64,000 bases of DNA from a virus (Duplodnaviria; Caudoviricetes). Location: the IMG/VR virus record IMGVR_UViG_3300014205_000002, positions 96,001-160,000 of that record; one strand, given 5' to 3'. The position numbers and the translations under genes were made by a program. The stretch's first letter is position 1; every line of letters starts with the position of its first letter. Of this stretch, positions 36,899 to 46,189 are shown one piece after another. Below the pieces are notes generated by a model. That model saw only the letters and a program-made list of their open reading frames with translations, was not told the DNA's origin and did not search any database.

Positions 36899-36993
36899 TC
36901 GGCCTCATGGGCGGCGCGGCGCTCGTCAGCCTCGCCGTGTATGCCCTCGTGATGATGCTTCCATCCCCAGAGGAGAAACCAGATGACCGATAA
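36895..36993 (+). CDS. 32-aa single-TM peptide
   Basis: GTGA overlap; MIGLMGGAALVSLAVYALVMMLPSPEEKPDDR. Confidence 0.55.
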   Translation: MIGLMGGAALVSLAVYALVMMLPSPEEKPDDR

Positions 36994-37603
36994 GACAAAG
37001 CCAGACGACGCGTTGATCCTCAGCTTCGACGTCACGACCGTGTTCAGTATGGAGATGCCGATCGCGAACCCCGAGGGTCTGGAGAAAGAGGCGGTGCGCA
37101 AGCTCGCCGAGGATCATGTGCGGGGGCTCTTGCAGGGCCTCGGTGCCTACGTCCAGAGCATGCAGCGCCGCAGTGAGGACAAACCCACCGAGCAGCTGGT
37201 TATTACCTTGACCGGCACGCGCCTCCAGCACGCGCGCCAGCTCTGGTTCTCGTTCGACGAGCCCGAGACACCCGAGGATTACTATATCGGCTGGTCCTAC
37301 GATCGGCGTTGGAACGGCTGGGGCTCGCCCCTCTTTGAGAAGGCCGAGGCCGACCGCATGATGCTGCGCTTCAACGCGGAACTCCAGCGGAAGGACGCCA
37401 CTTACGACCCCGTCACCGAGACCTACTTCTTCCCCAGCTTCAACGACACCGAGTACCCCGAGGAGCCGCCGCACCCCGGCTACCCGAAGGAAACCCTCGC
37501 GCTGCCGGACGGCTCGACCCGGGAGGTCTACGCCATCGGCTCGGGGGAATGGTGCTGGAACGTCGACTATAAAGACCCGACCAAGGGGCCGGTGACACCG
37601 TGA
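36983..37603 (+). CDS. hypothetical phage protein
   Basis: GAGGAG RBS; RWNGW..P.F...YAIGSGEWCW. Confidence 0.8.
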   Translation: MTDKTKPDDALILSFDVTTVFSMEMPIANPEGLEKEAVRKLAEDHVRGLLQGLGAYVQSMQRRSEDKPTEQLVITLTGTRLQHARQLWFSFDEPETPEDYYIGWSYDRRWNGWGSPLFEKAEADRMMLRFNAELQRKDATYDPVTETYFFPSFNDTEYPEEPPHPGYPKETLALPDGSTREVYAIGSGEWCWNVDYKDPTKGPVTP

Positions 37604-37794
37604 TCGAGCGCGTAACCTTCGTGGTCTGCGACGCCCCCAACTGCCAGGAGCGGCTGGAGACCAGCGAGCAGGCGGGGGCTGCGCGGGCCGAGGCTCACAA
37701 GGAGGGCTGGACGCGCCGCCGTGGCATAGTCGGCCAGGCGATGTACGATTACTGTCCGCGCTGTGGGTTGGCGAACCCGACTGAGACAAAGTGA
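37600..37794 (+). CDS. small Zn-finger protein
   Basis: VCDAPNC...GW...DYCPRC. Confidence 0.75.
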   Translation: MIERVTFVVCDAPNCQERLETSEQAGAARAEAHKEGWTRRRGIVGQAMYDYCPRCGLANPTETK

Positions 37795-38093
37795 GCAAGC
37801 ACATGAACTACGAGATCGATCGCCTCAAGAAGAAGGCTCGCGCGGGCGAGACGCTCACGGCCCTAGAGGGGCTGTGGCTGGTCGAGAAGGTCAACCAGCT
37901 GCGCCATGCGCTGGCGCTGAACCAAGGCAGCTTGAAGAACGAGCACCCGCTCGTCGCCAAGATGGCGATCGAGGAGGCGTTGAAGGCGCAGCTTGAGGCC
38001 AGCGTAGCGGTGGGCGCGACCATTTACCCGCGCGGCAGTCAGAACTGGGCCGAGTGGGGACTGAACCCGCCGCTTCATGTGGAATCGACGTGA
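37791..38093 (+). CDS. hypothetical protein
   Basis: Overlap coupling; codon bias. Confidence 0.7.
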   Translation: MSKHMNYEIDRLKKKARAGETLTALEGLWLVEKVNQLRHALALNQGSLKNEHPLVAKMAIEEALKAQLEASVAVGATIYPRGSQNWAEWGLNPPLHVEST

Positions 38094-38392
38094 ACGCGCA
38101 CCAACGTCGCCTGGCGCGCCGCACCGCTTTGCGCTGGCACAGAGAGGCGGAGCGCTGCTATCAGGCTATGCGCAAGATGCGGGCCACCTTCTCCGCGAGG
38201 GCCCTAATGGCTGGTCAGCTGAGTCTGTCGCAGGCCGAGGTGGATCGCCTCCGGGACGTGTTTGAGGGCGGGCCGGTGAGGAGCGTCGACTTCGGTACGG
38301 ACGCCGGCTTCTGTGAGCTCGGGGTGCGGGCCCAGCCGGGCGGCGGCTATGTGGTCGTCTCGGAGAAGCGCACCCCGCCGGAGGGCCCATGA
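38090..38392 (+). CDS. hypothetical protein
   Basis: GTGA overlap. Confidence 0.6.
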   Translation: MNAHQRRLARRTALRWHREAERCYQAMRKMRATFSARALMAGQLSLSQAEVDRLRDVFEGGPVRSVDFGTDAGFCELGVRAQPGGGYVVVSEKRTPPEGP

Positions 38393-38625
38393 CCGAAGCC
38401 ACGAAGCCGCCGGCGGGCTATTACTTCCTGATCGCCTCGGGCAGTCGAACGGCGCACCTCGGTCCCCGCACCCATGACGACAGCCTGTGGGTGCCGATCT
38501 GCGAGGCGGATCTGCCCAGCAGGGCGGCCCGACGCGGCGAGGACTGGTGTACGCTGGACGAGATCTGGAGTCGCCCGCCATGCCAGCGCTGCGCGAAGAT
38601 TGCAGCCAAGAAGGAGAGCCCATGA
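38389..38625 (+). CDS. small Zn-binding protein
   Basis: H...C...CQRC; GGAGG RBS. Confidence 0.7.
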   Translation: MTEATKPPAGYYFLIASGSRTAHLGPRTHDDSLWVPICEADLPSRAARRGEDWCTLDEIWSRPPCQRCAKIAAKKESP

Positions 38626-39770
38626 CCAAGAGTTGGCTCACCGATCCCTTACCACCGCAGCAGGAGCGCATGCGGCTCTTTTACGCGGGGGCCAAGCCCT
38701 GCTACGCCAACCACCTCGCAGGCCACGACACGCTCGTGAGCTACTTTGAGGAACAGCAGCTCCGCATCGTCGACGACATGATCGCCGGCGCGGCCAACCC
38801 GCCCGGCGCGGTGATCATCGACTGCGGGGCTTACTCCGCCTGGAAGCAGGCCTACAAGCCCGAGGTCAAGCCGATCGATCTGGATGCCTACATCCCCTAC
38901 TGCCTGCGGGCGGTAGAGGGCCTCGGGCGCGGGCTCGTGGCGGTAGTGGCGCTCGACGTGATCCCCGGCCGCTGGGTCGACAAGGGCACGTTCATCCCCC
39001 CATCGCCCGAGGAGGCGCACCGGGCGGTATGGGACACCATCCACAACACCATGGCGATGGTACGGGCGGGTGTACCCAAGCACAAGCTGATGCCGGTCTT
39101 CCACTTCGGCGATCCGCCCTGGGTGCTGGAGTTCTATGAGCGGGTCGGATTTGAACTGATCGGCCTGTCTGGCGCGAGTATCCAGGGCAAGCCGGAGATG
39201 GAGGAGTGGGTTGACGAGATGTTGGCGTGCTATCCCGAACAGCGCTTTCACTTGCTGGGGGTGACCGCGAAGTGGGCCTTCACCAAGCACGCCTGGAGCC
39301 TCGACTCGACGAGCTGGTTCAACTTCCAGCGCTTCGGTTTCAAGAAGAACCGGCACCTGCTCTACGGCCTGCGCGACAAGTTCTTCGCCCGCTGGCCGCG
39401 TACGAAGGAGATCCTCGACGACATCAGCGACGAGGGCCGCGACCTCAACGCCGGCCTCTGCCGGGAGATTGGCAAGGACTCGCTCGCGGACAGGCTGGGG
39501 GCGAGCAACCAGGATCGCTTTCACGAGGCTTTCCAGGTAGGCTGGCCAGAGCTGTCACGGGCGCTCGGCAGTTACGTCGACTTCGGCATGTTCGAGGGCG
39601 ACGACGAGGCCGATATGAAGGCCGCCTGGCAGCTCGCTCAGAACTACCTCGCGGACAAGTATCACAACGGCGAATGGGTTGAGCCCAGGTGGCTGGTGAT
39701 GCTGGACATCATTGAGATCGAAGATGTCCCCGCTTATCTCCAGCGATGGAACATGGAGGATGCCGCATGA
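38622..39770 (+). CDS. TGT/DpdA-like transglycosylase barrel (phage queuine tRNA-ribosyltransferase-like)
   Basis: IIDCGAYSAW, ALDVIPG, PVFHFGD, FHLLGV, SLDSTSW. Confidence 0.8.
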   Translation: MTKSWLTDPLPPQQERMRLFYAGAKPCYANHLAGHDTLVSYFEEQQLRIVDDMIAGAANPPGAVIIDCGAYSAWKQAYKPEVKPIDLDAYIPYCLRAVEGLGRGLVAVVALDVIPGRWVDKGTFIPPSPEEAHRAVWDTIHNTMAMVRAGVPKHKLMPVFHFGDPPWVLEFYERVGFELIGLSGASIQGKPEMEEWVDEMLACYPEQRFHLLGVTAKWAFTKHAWSLDSTSWFNFQRFGFKKNRHLLYGLRDKFFARWPRTKEILDDISDEGRDLNAGLCREIGKDSLADRLGASNQDRFHEAFQVGWPELSRALGSYVDFGMFEGDDEADMKAAWQLAQNYLADKYHNGEWVEPRWLVMLDIIEIEDVPAYLQRWNMEDAA

Positions 39771-40195
39771 CGCGCGGAATTGACCGACTGACAGCGATCG
39801 AGAATCGCCTCGCCAAGATCACGAGGTGGCCCTGGCGCACCCAGATCTTCTCCTGGCTCAACGCCCGGGTGCTCTGTTACTTCGATCGGAACAACTCCGG
39901 CGACCCCGTGGCCTGGCTCGATAACGACAAGGGCTACAAGCAGGTTGGCGGCTTCATCCGCTTCGGGGCCAACTGCTCAAATGCCGCGAACGATGCGACC
40001 TTCGTCGCGCATGCGCCCGCCGACATCTCGGACCTCTTGAAGGTTGCGAAGGCCGCCCGCGGCCTCATGGCGACGGTGGGCGAGTTCCCCGAGGACCCCA
40101 GCATCTGGGGCGAGGCGCTGGAGGCGCTCGATGTCACGCTCGAACGTCTGGATCCACCCCCGCCCAAGGAGAGCGTCTACCATGCTGATACCTGA
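39767..40195 (+). CDS. Ead/Ea22-like phage protein
   Basis: L..I..RLAKIT..PW...DATFVAHAPADI..LL. Confidence 0.65.
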   Translation: MTRGIDRLTAIENRLAKITRWPWRTQIFSWLNARVLCYFDRNNSGDPVAWLDNDKGYKQVGGFIRFGANCSNAANDATFVAHAPADISDLLKVAKAARGLMATVGEFPEDPSIWGEALEALDVTLERLDPPPPKESVYHADT

Positions 40196-40997
40196 TGCCA
40201 TTCCCGGCCTCATTGCGCGCGGGGCTCTGTTCGTGGTCAACCACAGCGGCGGAAAGGACAGTCAGGCCATGTTCGCCCTGCTTAAGCAGGTCGTACCGAA
40301 GGACCAGCTCCTTGTGCTCCATGCGATCCTGCCGGGTGTCGAGTGGGATGGCGTGATCGAGCACATTGAGGCGACGATCGGGGACGCGCCTTTGATCTTC
40401 GCCCAGTCGATCAAGACCTTCTGGCAGATGGTCGAGCACCGCCAGATGTTCCCCAGTCCCTCGAACCGCCAATGCACGAGCGACCTCAAGCGGGGCCCGA
40501 TCGAAAAGCAGATCCGGCATTACCTCTGGGAGAACCCGCGCTACGGCGGGCTGATCGTCAACTGCATGGGCATGCGCGCCGAGGAGAGTCCTGGGCGCAA
40601 GAAGCTCGTGCCGTTCGCCTTCGATCCCGGTAATTCCATGGCCGCGAGCGCCAAGGGCACCCGGCCTTCGCGCGAGTGGTACGAGTGGTTGCCGATCCAC
40701 GCGCTCTCGACCTGGGAGGTCTGGTGCGCGATCGCCGAGGCTGGACAGAAGCCACACTGGGCGTACTCGAAGGGGATGACCCGCCTCAGCTGCCAATTCT
40801 GTATCATGGCCTCCGACGGCGATCTCAAGACCGCCGCGACCCTGGCCCCCGACATGTACCAGCGGTACGCTCACGCCGAGCGCCGCATGGGCTTCACCCT
40901 GCGGATGTCGCGGGAGACGCTCGTCCAGGTGACGGGCATCCCCATCGACGAGTCCTATGTGCCTCCAAAGGAGCCTGACTATGTGCCTTCCCGGTAG
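40182..40997 (+). CDS. PAPS-reductase/DndC-like PP-loop protein
   Basis: HSGGKDS, RQCTSDLK, GMRAEES..R, PI..L...VW, HWAY..G..RLSCQFC. Confidence 0.9.
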   Translation: MLIPDAIPGLIARGALFVVNHSGGKDSQAMFALLKQVVPKDQLLVLHAILPGVEWDGVIEHIEATIGDAPLIFAQSIKTFWQMVEHRQMFPSPSNRQCTSDLKRGPIEKQIRHYLWENPRYGGLIVNCMGMRAEESPGRKKLVPFAFDPGNSMAASAKGTRPSREWYEWLPIHALSTWEVWCAIAEAGQKPHWAYSKGMTRLSCQFCIMASDGDLKTAATLAPDMYQRYAHAERRMGFTLRMSRETLVQVTGIPIDESYVPPKEPDYVPSR

Positions 40998-41364
40998 CGT
41001 CCTCGGTGTTGAGGGCGACGTCTTCAAGAGCTTTGCGGTCAACGAGGCGATCGACGTCACGTTCATCGAGGCGGCCATCACCCTGCCCGAAGGGTGCCTC
41101 CAGAACAACATGATCGTCGCTGGCGAAGACGGCCAGCTCTACCACATCTCGGTCGGCATCCGCATTGAGGAGATCGATCCCGCGCAGGCTCCGGACCTCG
41201 TCGTGGGCATCCAGCTCGATGCTTGCAAGGCCTGCCAGGAGATGGTGGTGCGGGCGGATGGCGCGGGCGTTGAGCGCTTGCGCGAGCACCTCCTGGAGCA
41301 CGACAAGCGGGCGGCGGCGTTCACCGAGCGCCATGTGCTCGCTCAATTCGAGGAGCGGGCATGA
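40981..41364 (+). CDS. hypothetical protein
   Basis: AAGGAG RBS; ATG 40981. Confidence 0.75.
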   Translation: MCLPGSVLGVEGDVFKSFAVNEAIDVTFIEAAITLPEGCLQNNMIVAGEDGQLYHISVGIRIEEIDPAQAPDLVVGIQLDACKACQEMVVRADGAGVERLREHLLEHDKRAAAFTERHVLAQFEERA

Positions 41365-41771
41365 AGACCACACCCCCACGCAGCGCCATGATCGATCTGT
41401 TTTACGGGACCTTCGGGCTGCACCTTTCCGCGTGCTCGCCCTCTTTCAACCTCAAGCCCGTCAAGGCGGAGACGGTGAACGGCATGGAGGGCACGGAGAA
41501 CGAGGCGATCCGCGCCTACGCCATCCCCGCGACCACCGGGTTCCCCTTTGAGGTGCATCTGTCGTTCTACAAGGGCGGCGGCGTCGACGTCTATGTCGGG
41601 GTCGGCGACGAGCTCACCGACCCTGCGCTTGAGGCGCGGGCCCAGGAGGCGCTGCAAGGGGTTCATGACTCCCGAGATGGCGTCGCGTTCATCTGCGACA
41701 TCAATGAGCCCACACAGGCCTTCGAGCGCAGCGTGCTGCCCCTGTGGCAGGTCTGGGCAGGGCCGGCCTGA
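41361..41771 (+). CDS. hypothetical protein
   Basis: GAGGAG RBS; ATGA overlap. Confidence 0.75.
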   Translation: MKTTPPRSAMIDLFYGTFGLHLSACSPSFNLKPVKAETVNGMEGTENEAIRAYAIPATTGFPFEVHLSFYKGGGVDVYVGVGDELTDPALEARAQEALQGVHDSRDGVAFICDINEPTQAFERSVLPLWQVWAGPA

Positions 41772-42766
41772 TGTCACGCTTCATTCTCGCGGTGCGGGTG
41801 GCCGTCGAGATCCCCGAGGATCCCCGGCCGACCAGTGAGGGCATCCGCACCGACCAGGCCGAGGCCAACCGGATCCTTCTGGGCATGACGAGTTGGGCCA
41901 GTTCCGGCGAGATTCTGGGCGCGGTGGCGATCGACACCGAGTCTGGGCTCCATGATCGCGAGACCGAGGATCTCCGAGATGACCATGACCGCTTCATCAT
42001 CAAGGACCTCCAGGAGCGCCTGGACAAGCGCGAGAAGGATCTCGGCCGGATTATCGGCCAGCGCGACGACCTCAAGGAGGCGCTGGCGGAGGCGACGCTC
42101 GCGAAGATGCGCGCCATCTGGAGCCAGCAACACACCCGCGACTGGTGGTCGACGCGCATGCATGCATTGCGGGACCTCGCGAAGGCGACGGGCATCTGGG
42201 ACAAGGTGGCCTGTATCATCGCGAACGGCCAGCCGACCATCCAGGCAGACACGCCGAACTACACGCGCGATCTGGTCGGATTGAAGTACCGGCTGGAGCT
42301 TGCGGAGAAGGAGCGCGACCAGGCGATCGCCGAGCTGCTGAAATGTCGCGAGAGCGTCATCCCCGCGCTGGAAGGCTTCCACGGCCACCGCAGCCGGCCC
42401 GTCGAGGATCTGCCCTGGTGGGAGGACGCTGGCAAGGCGATCAAGTTCCTGCGGATCTGCCATGAGACCCTCATGAACACGAGCAGCCGGCCGCCTCGCA
42501 GCATCGCTATCGACCTCTACGCCATCGAGAAGCGGCTCAAGAAGATGCCTTCGCGCAGCTGGGTCTCTGCGGAGGTACCGCCGCGCCAAGGCAAACATCG
42601 GGTCGGCTTCGCGGTGAAGTCGCCAGACGGGCAGCCCATTGCGAACGTGCTGTCGACCACGAACCTCTCGGACGAGATCAAGGAGGCGATCGCCGAGTTC
42701 ATTGCCCACACCCCCACGGACACCCGCGCCATGATCGACGAGATCAGGCGCTTGTCCCGCAACTGA
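41771..42766 (+). CDS. coiled-coil protein with C-terminal Ead/Ea22-like motif
   Basis: TGATG overlap; AEFIAHTPTD...IDEIRRL. Confidence 0.75.
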   Translation: MSRFILAVRVAVEIPEDPRPTSEGIRTDQAEANRILLGMTSWASSGEILGAVAIDTESGLHDRETEDLRDDHDRFIIKDLQERLDKREKDLGRIIGQRDDLKEALAEATLAKMRAIWSQQHTRDWWSTRMHALRDLAKATGIWDKVACIIANGQPTIQADTPNYTRDLVGLKYRLELAEKERDQAIAELLKCRESVIPALEGFHGHRSRPVEDLPWWEDAGKAIKFLRICHETLMNTSSRPPRSIAIDLYAIEKRLKKMPSRSWVSAEVPPRQGKHRVGFAVKSPDGQPIANVLSTTNLSDEIKEAIAEFIAHTPTDTRAMIDEIRRLSRN

Positions 42767-42828
42767 AAAGGATGTTCCGATGCAACACACGGGTGACACA
42801 TTTCTCTCAGCTAGTGAGAAGTCGTCCA

Positions 42829-43296
42829 ATGGAAACTGAGCCTCGCAACGCCATCGTTCTGGTCGCCTGCGCCGCGGAGAAGCAGACCCAGCGCGCGCGG
42901 GCGAAGGAGCTCTACACCTCGGACTTGTTCAAGAAGTCGCGCGCCTACGCCGAGTACCTGGTCGAGAGCGGCCAGGCAAAAGCCTGGTACATCCTCTCGG
43001 CCAAGCACGGCTTCCTTGACCCCGACAAGGAGATCGATCCCTACGACGAGTGCCTCGACAGCCGCACCGCCGAGGGGCGGCGCGCCTGGTCGGCGGGCGT
43101 CTGGTTCGACATGGCGAAGCGCTTGAAGCCGCAGCCGGCCGCGCTTATCTTCCTCGCCGGCGAGAACTACCGCAAGACGCTGGCCGTGGTCGCGGAGAAG
43201 GTCTATATGGCGGTAGAGGTGCCGATGAAGGGCCTGGGGATTGGCGAGCAAAAGGCCTGGCTCAAGGCCGCCCTGATCAAGGCCCCGAGCGCATGA
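42829..43296 (+). CDS. DUF6884-family protein
   Basis: LVAC..EK...AKELYTS.LF, WYILSAKHGFL.P...I.PYD, LAGENY, GLGIGEQ.AWL. Confidence 0.85.
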   Translation: METEPRNAIVLVACAAEKQTQRARAKELYTSDLFKKSRAYAEYLVESGQAKAWYILSAKHGFLDPDKEIDPYDECLDSRTAEGRRAWSAGVWFDMAKRLKPQPAALIFLAGENYRKTLAVVAEKVYMAVEVPMKGLGIGEQKAWLKAALIKAPSA

Positions 43297-44006
43297 AGAC
43301 CATCACCGTTATAGACATCGACAAGATCCGCAAAGAGATCCCAGGCCAGATTCCATTTGATTATCGGATCTCCTTTTACGACGCGGACGGGGAACTGATT
43401 GGGGTGATCGAACCCTGGGTGCGTAAACATGGTGAGCGCTCTAGTCGGACATCTGATGCCAACCATCGTCTAATGGACGAGTGGGCTGCCAGTCATCCTT
43501 GTGTCGCATCGGCCGTTCTTAAAGATAATGGTTTCAGCTTCAAGGACGGCACATCAATCTGGGTTGGCCTTGTGGATAAGCCTTATGAGTCAGTGAATAC
43601 AGAAAAACCAAAACCAGATTACAAGTCATGGCTTTTGATGCTCAAGCCAAGGGACAATGTTGTCGTTCGTTACAAGGGCCTACTTGAATATAGACACTAT
43701 GTCGGGAACGTCAAGCACATCACGCCAAAAGGTTTCATTGTATTGACAAATGGCGCGCGCTTTGATGCCAGCGGTATCCAGTTCGGCTTATCCAAGTCAG
43801 ACCATATACCGCCAGAACTCCTTCAACCAGACAAGAAGCTACTGGACAGAGGATACCGTGAATCCGCCCTCGACTGGATCTACGGAGCGCCGGAATGGAA
43901 GAACCCAGAAGCGTTTGATACCCATACGCTGAAACAATTTGAGTATTTATTGCGCCATTTTAGAGCGCGACAGGAAGTCGAGGCGGCCGCCGATGTCAAA
44001 GGCTAA
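43293..44006 (+). CDS. hypothetical protein, AT-richer than its flanks
   Basis: ATGA overlap; many A/T-ending codons. Confidence 0.75.
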   Translation: MKTITVIDIDKIRKEIPGQIPFDYRISFYDADGELIGVIEPWVRKHGERSSRTSDANHRLMDEWAASHPCVASAVLKDNGFSFKDGTSIWVGLVDKPYESVNTEKPKPDYKSWLLMLKPRDNVVVRYKGLLEYRHYVGNVKHITPKGFIVLTNGARFDASGIQFGLSKSDHIPPELLQPDKKLLDRGYRESALDWIYGAPEWKNPEAFDTHTLKQFEYLLRHFRARQEVEAAADVKG

Positions 44007-44478
44007 GCTCAAGGTCTGCCCGGTCTGCGGCCACCACGTGGAGCCCCAGGAGATGGTGGTCGAGCCGACGCGCCAGGTCGCCTGCACGTACTGCCACGAG
44101 AATGTGCTCAACCAGAACATGGAGGTCCTATCGGCGGACACGGTGGCGATCGCGCGGGCGATCCGGGCCTTCCGTCGGCCGGACGTACCCAAGGACACCG
44201 TGTGGCAGGAAGTGGTCGAGGGCTGGGAACCCTTGGGTCACGCGATCCTTGACCACTGGTACGCGAGGCCGCGGGGCCTCAAGGCGGGTGTCCGACACAA
44301 CTCGCTGGGATGGGAGTTGTCTTCGGCGCTCGCCGACACCTACGAGACGTTCGGCTACCCGTTCTCGCCGCGGATCTGCATGAGTCTCGCGCTGCTGTTC
44401 GAGGCGCAGATCGAGCTATTCTTGGAGGATTGCCCCTTGGAGAAGATCGATGAATCTTCCGTTTCACCGCCTCGGTAG
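43993..44478 (+). CDS. Zn-finger hypothetical protein
   Basis: CPVC...CTYC. Confidence 0.75.
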   Translation: MSKAKLKVCPVCGHHVEPQEMVVEPTRQVACTYCHENVLNQNMEVLSADTVAIARAIRAFRRPDVPKDTVWQEVVEGWEPLGHAILDHWYARPRGLKAGVRHNSLGWELSSALADTYETFGYPFSPRICMSLALLFEAQIELFLEDCPLEKIDESSVSPPR

Positions 44479-44839
44479 CATCGGTCAGGACGGTGCCTTT
44501 GGGCTCTACGCCGCTCCGCGGAGGCGGCGCGATCCCCTGTACCGCAAGCTGATGGAACTCATGCGCGAGCTGAGCCTGGCGACCCCTGAGGAGGAGGCCC
44601 GGGCCAGCGACCATGTACAATGGTTGAAGCTGGAACGCAGTGATCGCATCCTGACCTTCCGGTATCTCAAGTGCTACGAGCGGTACTTCGTGATGGATGA
44701 TGGCGCGCTGCTGCTGGACAGCAGCATGTTCGGCACCTTCCCCCGTCACGTCCGTTCGATCGTGGATCAGACGATTATTGCGTACGCGTCGCGTTTCAAA
44801 CGCGCCCGCGGTGGACCCGAAGGAGATAGGCCGCCATGA
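44450..44839 (+). CDS. hypothetical protein
   Basis: GGAG RBS; overlap coupling. Confidence 0.65.
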   Translation: MNLPFHRLGSIGQDGAFGLYAAPRRRRDPLYRKLMELMRELSLATPEEEARASDHVQWLKLERSDRILTFRYLKCYERYFVMDDGALLLDSSMFGTFPRHVRSIVDQTIIAYASRFKRARGGPEGDRPP

Positions 44840-45051
44840 CACCCGAATGGCTTACGAGCGAGGTGGATAAACTGGAGTCGACGATGCGGTGCCGGCATGT
44901 CGAACCCATGGAACTGCCCTTGCGCCCGATGTATCTGTGTATCTTGGAGAACGCGCTCAAGCGCGGCTACAGCCTGATCGAGTTTCACGCGGTGATGGCG
45001 GCGTTCCATCAGCGCCAGCTCCAACGCTTGGAGGAGGCTAAAACCCGATGA
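44836..45051 (+). CDS. hypothetical protein
   Basis: AAGGAG RBS; ATGA overlaps at both ends. Confidence 0.7.
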   Translation: MTPEWLTSEVDKLESTMRCRHVEPMELPLRPMYLCILENALKRGYSLIEFHAVMAAFHQRQLQRLEEAKTR

Positions 45052-45737
45052 ACGAGACTATATTCGACCCCGCCTGGTACCCGGGCCGGACGCTCTACAA
45101 GGGCGGCGAGTTCGCGGTGACGGACGTCGGCTGGGGGCTTGGCGTGGAGATGACGGCGTCGCCGTTGATTGCCCGGGCCTGCTCAGAGGCCAATGACAGG
45201 CGGTATACGGCGCAGTCTCCGCGGGTGGCCCCGTGGGCGCGCATCCTCGGTGCCACCGGCAGCGACGAGCGCAGCGACTACCAGTCGATGCCGCTCGCCG
45301 AGTGGCAGAAACTGCTGGCGCTCGCGCGCGAGTACGGGCTGACCAATCTCGGCGATTATATGAGCTACGGCCAGGCCCATGAGGACGAACCCTGGCCATG
45401 GGAGACCGTGATCGATCACCGCGGATGCGAAAGCAGCCTGCCGCTGGAGTTCCTCGTTCACGCAATCCGCACCCTCGGCTACGACGGCTTCCTGACCGCA
45501 GTGCCGACATATCTGTTCACGCAGCATCCCGGCTATGGCGACAACCCCCGACTCTGGGAGCCGCAACTCGTGCAGGCGTTCGCGCCCTACGACCTCTTTC
45601 CGGTGCTGGTGGTCTTAAACGACCAGGCCTATATGGAGGTGGACGAGCCGATGCCAGCGGTGGACATCGCGAACCCATTCGGCCTGTTGCACCCGCCGTC
45701 ACCGCCGGACTCGCTGGCTCCCGCCCTCGCGACGTGA
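45048..45737 (+). CDS. hypothetical protein
   Basis: GGAGGAGG RBS. Confidence 0.8.
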   Translation: MNETIFDPAWYPGRTLYKGGEFAVTDVGWGLGVEMTASPLIARACSEANDRRYTAQSPRVAPWARILGATGSDERSDYQSMPLAEWQKLLALAREYGLTNLGDYMSYGQAHEDEPWPWETVIDHRGCESSLPLEFLVHAIRTLGYDGFLTAVPTYLFTQHPGYGDNPRLWEPQLVQAFAPYDLFPVLVVLNDQAYMEVDEPMPAVDIANPFGLLHPPSPPDSLAPALAT

Positions 45738-45937
45738 CGCGCAAGACGAAGCCGCCGTGCGGCAAGAAGGGCTGCTCGGCCTCCAGCGGGGTGTGCGGCC
45801 GACTGACCTTCGGCCGCGGCAAGCTCGACCGCCACGGCTACTGGTCGCACCCCTGCCACGCCTGCGCCCGCGCCTACGAGCGTCTGTCGCCCGGCGAGCA
45901 GGCCTGGCCGCTCCCCCCATCCCCACGCGCCCTGTAG
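45734..45937 (+). CDS. small Cys-rich protein
   Basis: GTGA overlap; PCG..GCS.S.G.C..LTFG.G.LD..GYW..PC..CAR. Confidence 0.65.
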   Translation: MTRKTKPPCGKKGCSASSGVCGRLTFGRGKLDRHGYWSHPCHACARAYERLSPGEQAWPLPPSPRAL

Positions 45938-45955
45938 GGCCAGCAGGAGGACTCC

Positions 45956-46189
45956 ATGGACATCCCCGATCCCTCACCGTACGACGGATTCCCCCGCCCG
46001 ATCCGCAACCCCGAAGCCCTGCACCGCCAGATCGTCTGGCCGATCAAGCCCTCGCCGTGCTCCACGGCTTACTGGAACGACGAGGACTGGCTCAAGTATG
46101 TGCGCAGCTTCCGACCCAAGGACTACGCCGGCGGCGAGACCGACCAGGAGGCCTGGGCGGCCCACCTCAAATCCAAGGAGACGCCATGA
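45956..46189 (+). CDS. hypothetical protein
   Basis: AGGAGG RBS; ATGA coupling to sbcD. Confidence 0.75.
   Translation: MDIPDPSPYDGFPRPIRNPEALHRQIVWPIKPSPCSTAYWNDEDWLKYVRSFRPKDYAGGETDQEAWAAHLKSKETP

Noticed and set aside
40182-40997. Sulfate-assimilation CysH as an auxiliary metabolic gene
   Set aside because: No ECGLH C-terminal motif or cys context; has the SCxFC tail of phage/DndC-like members
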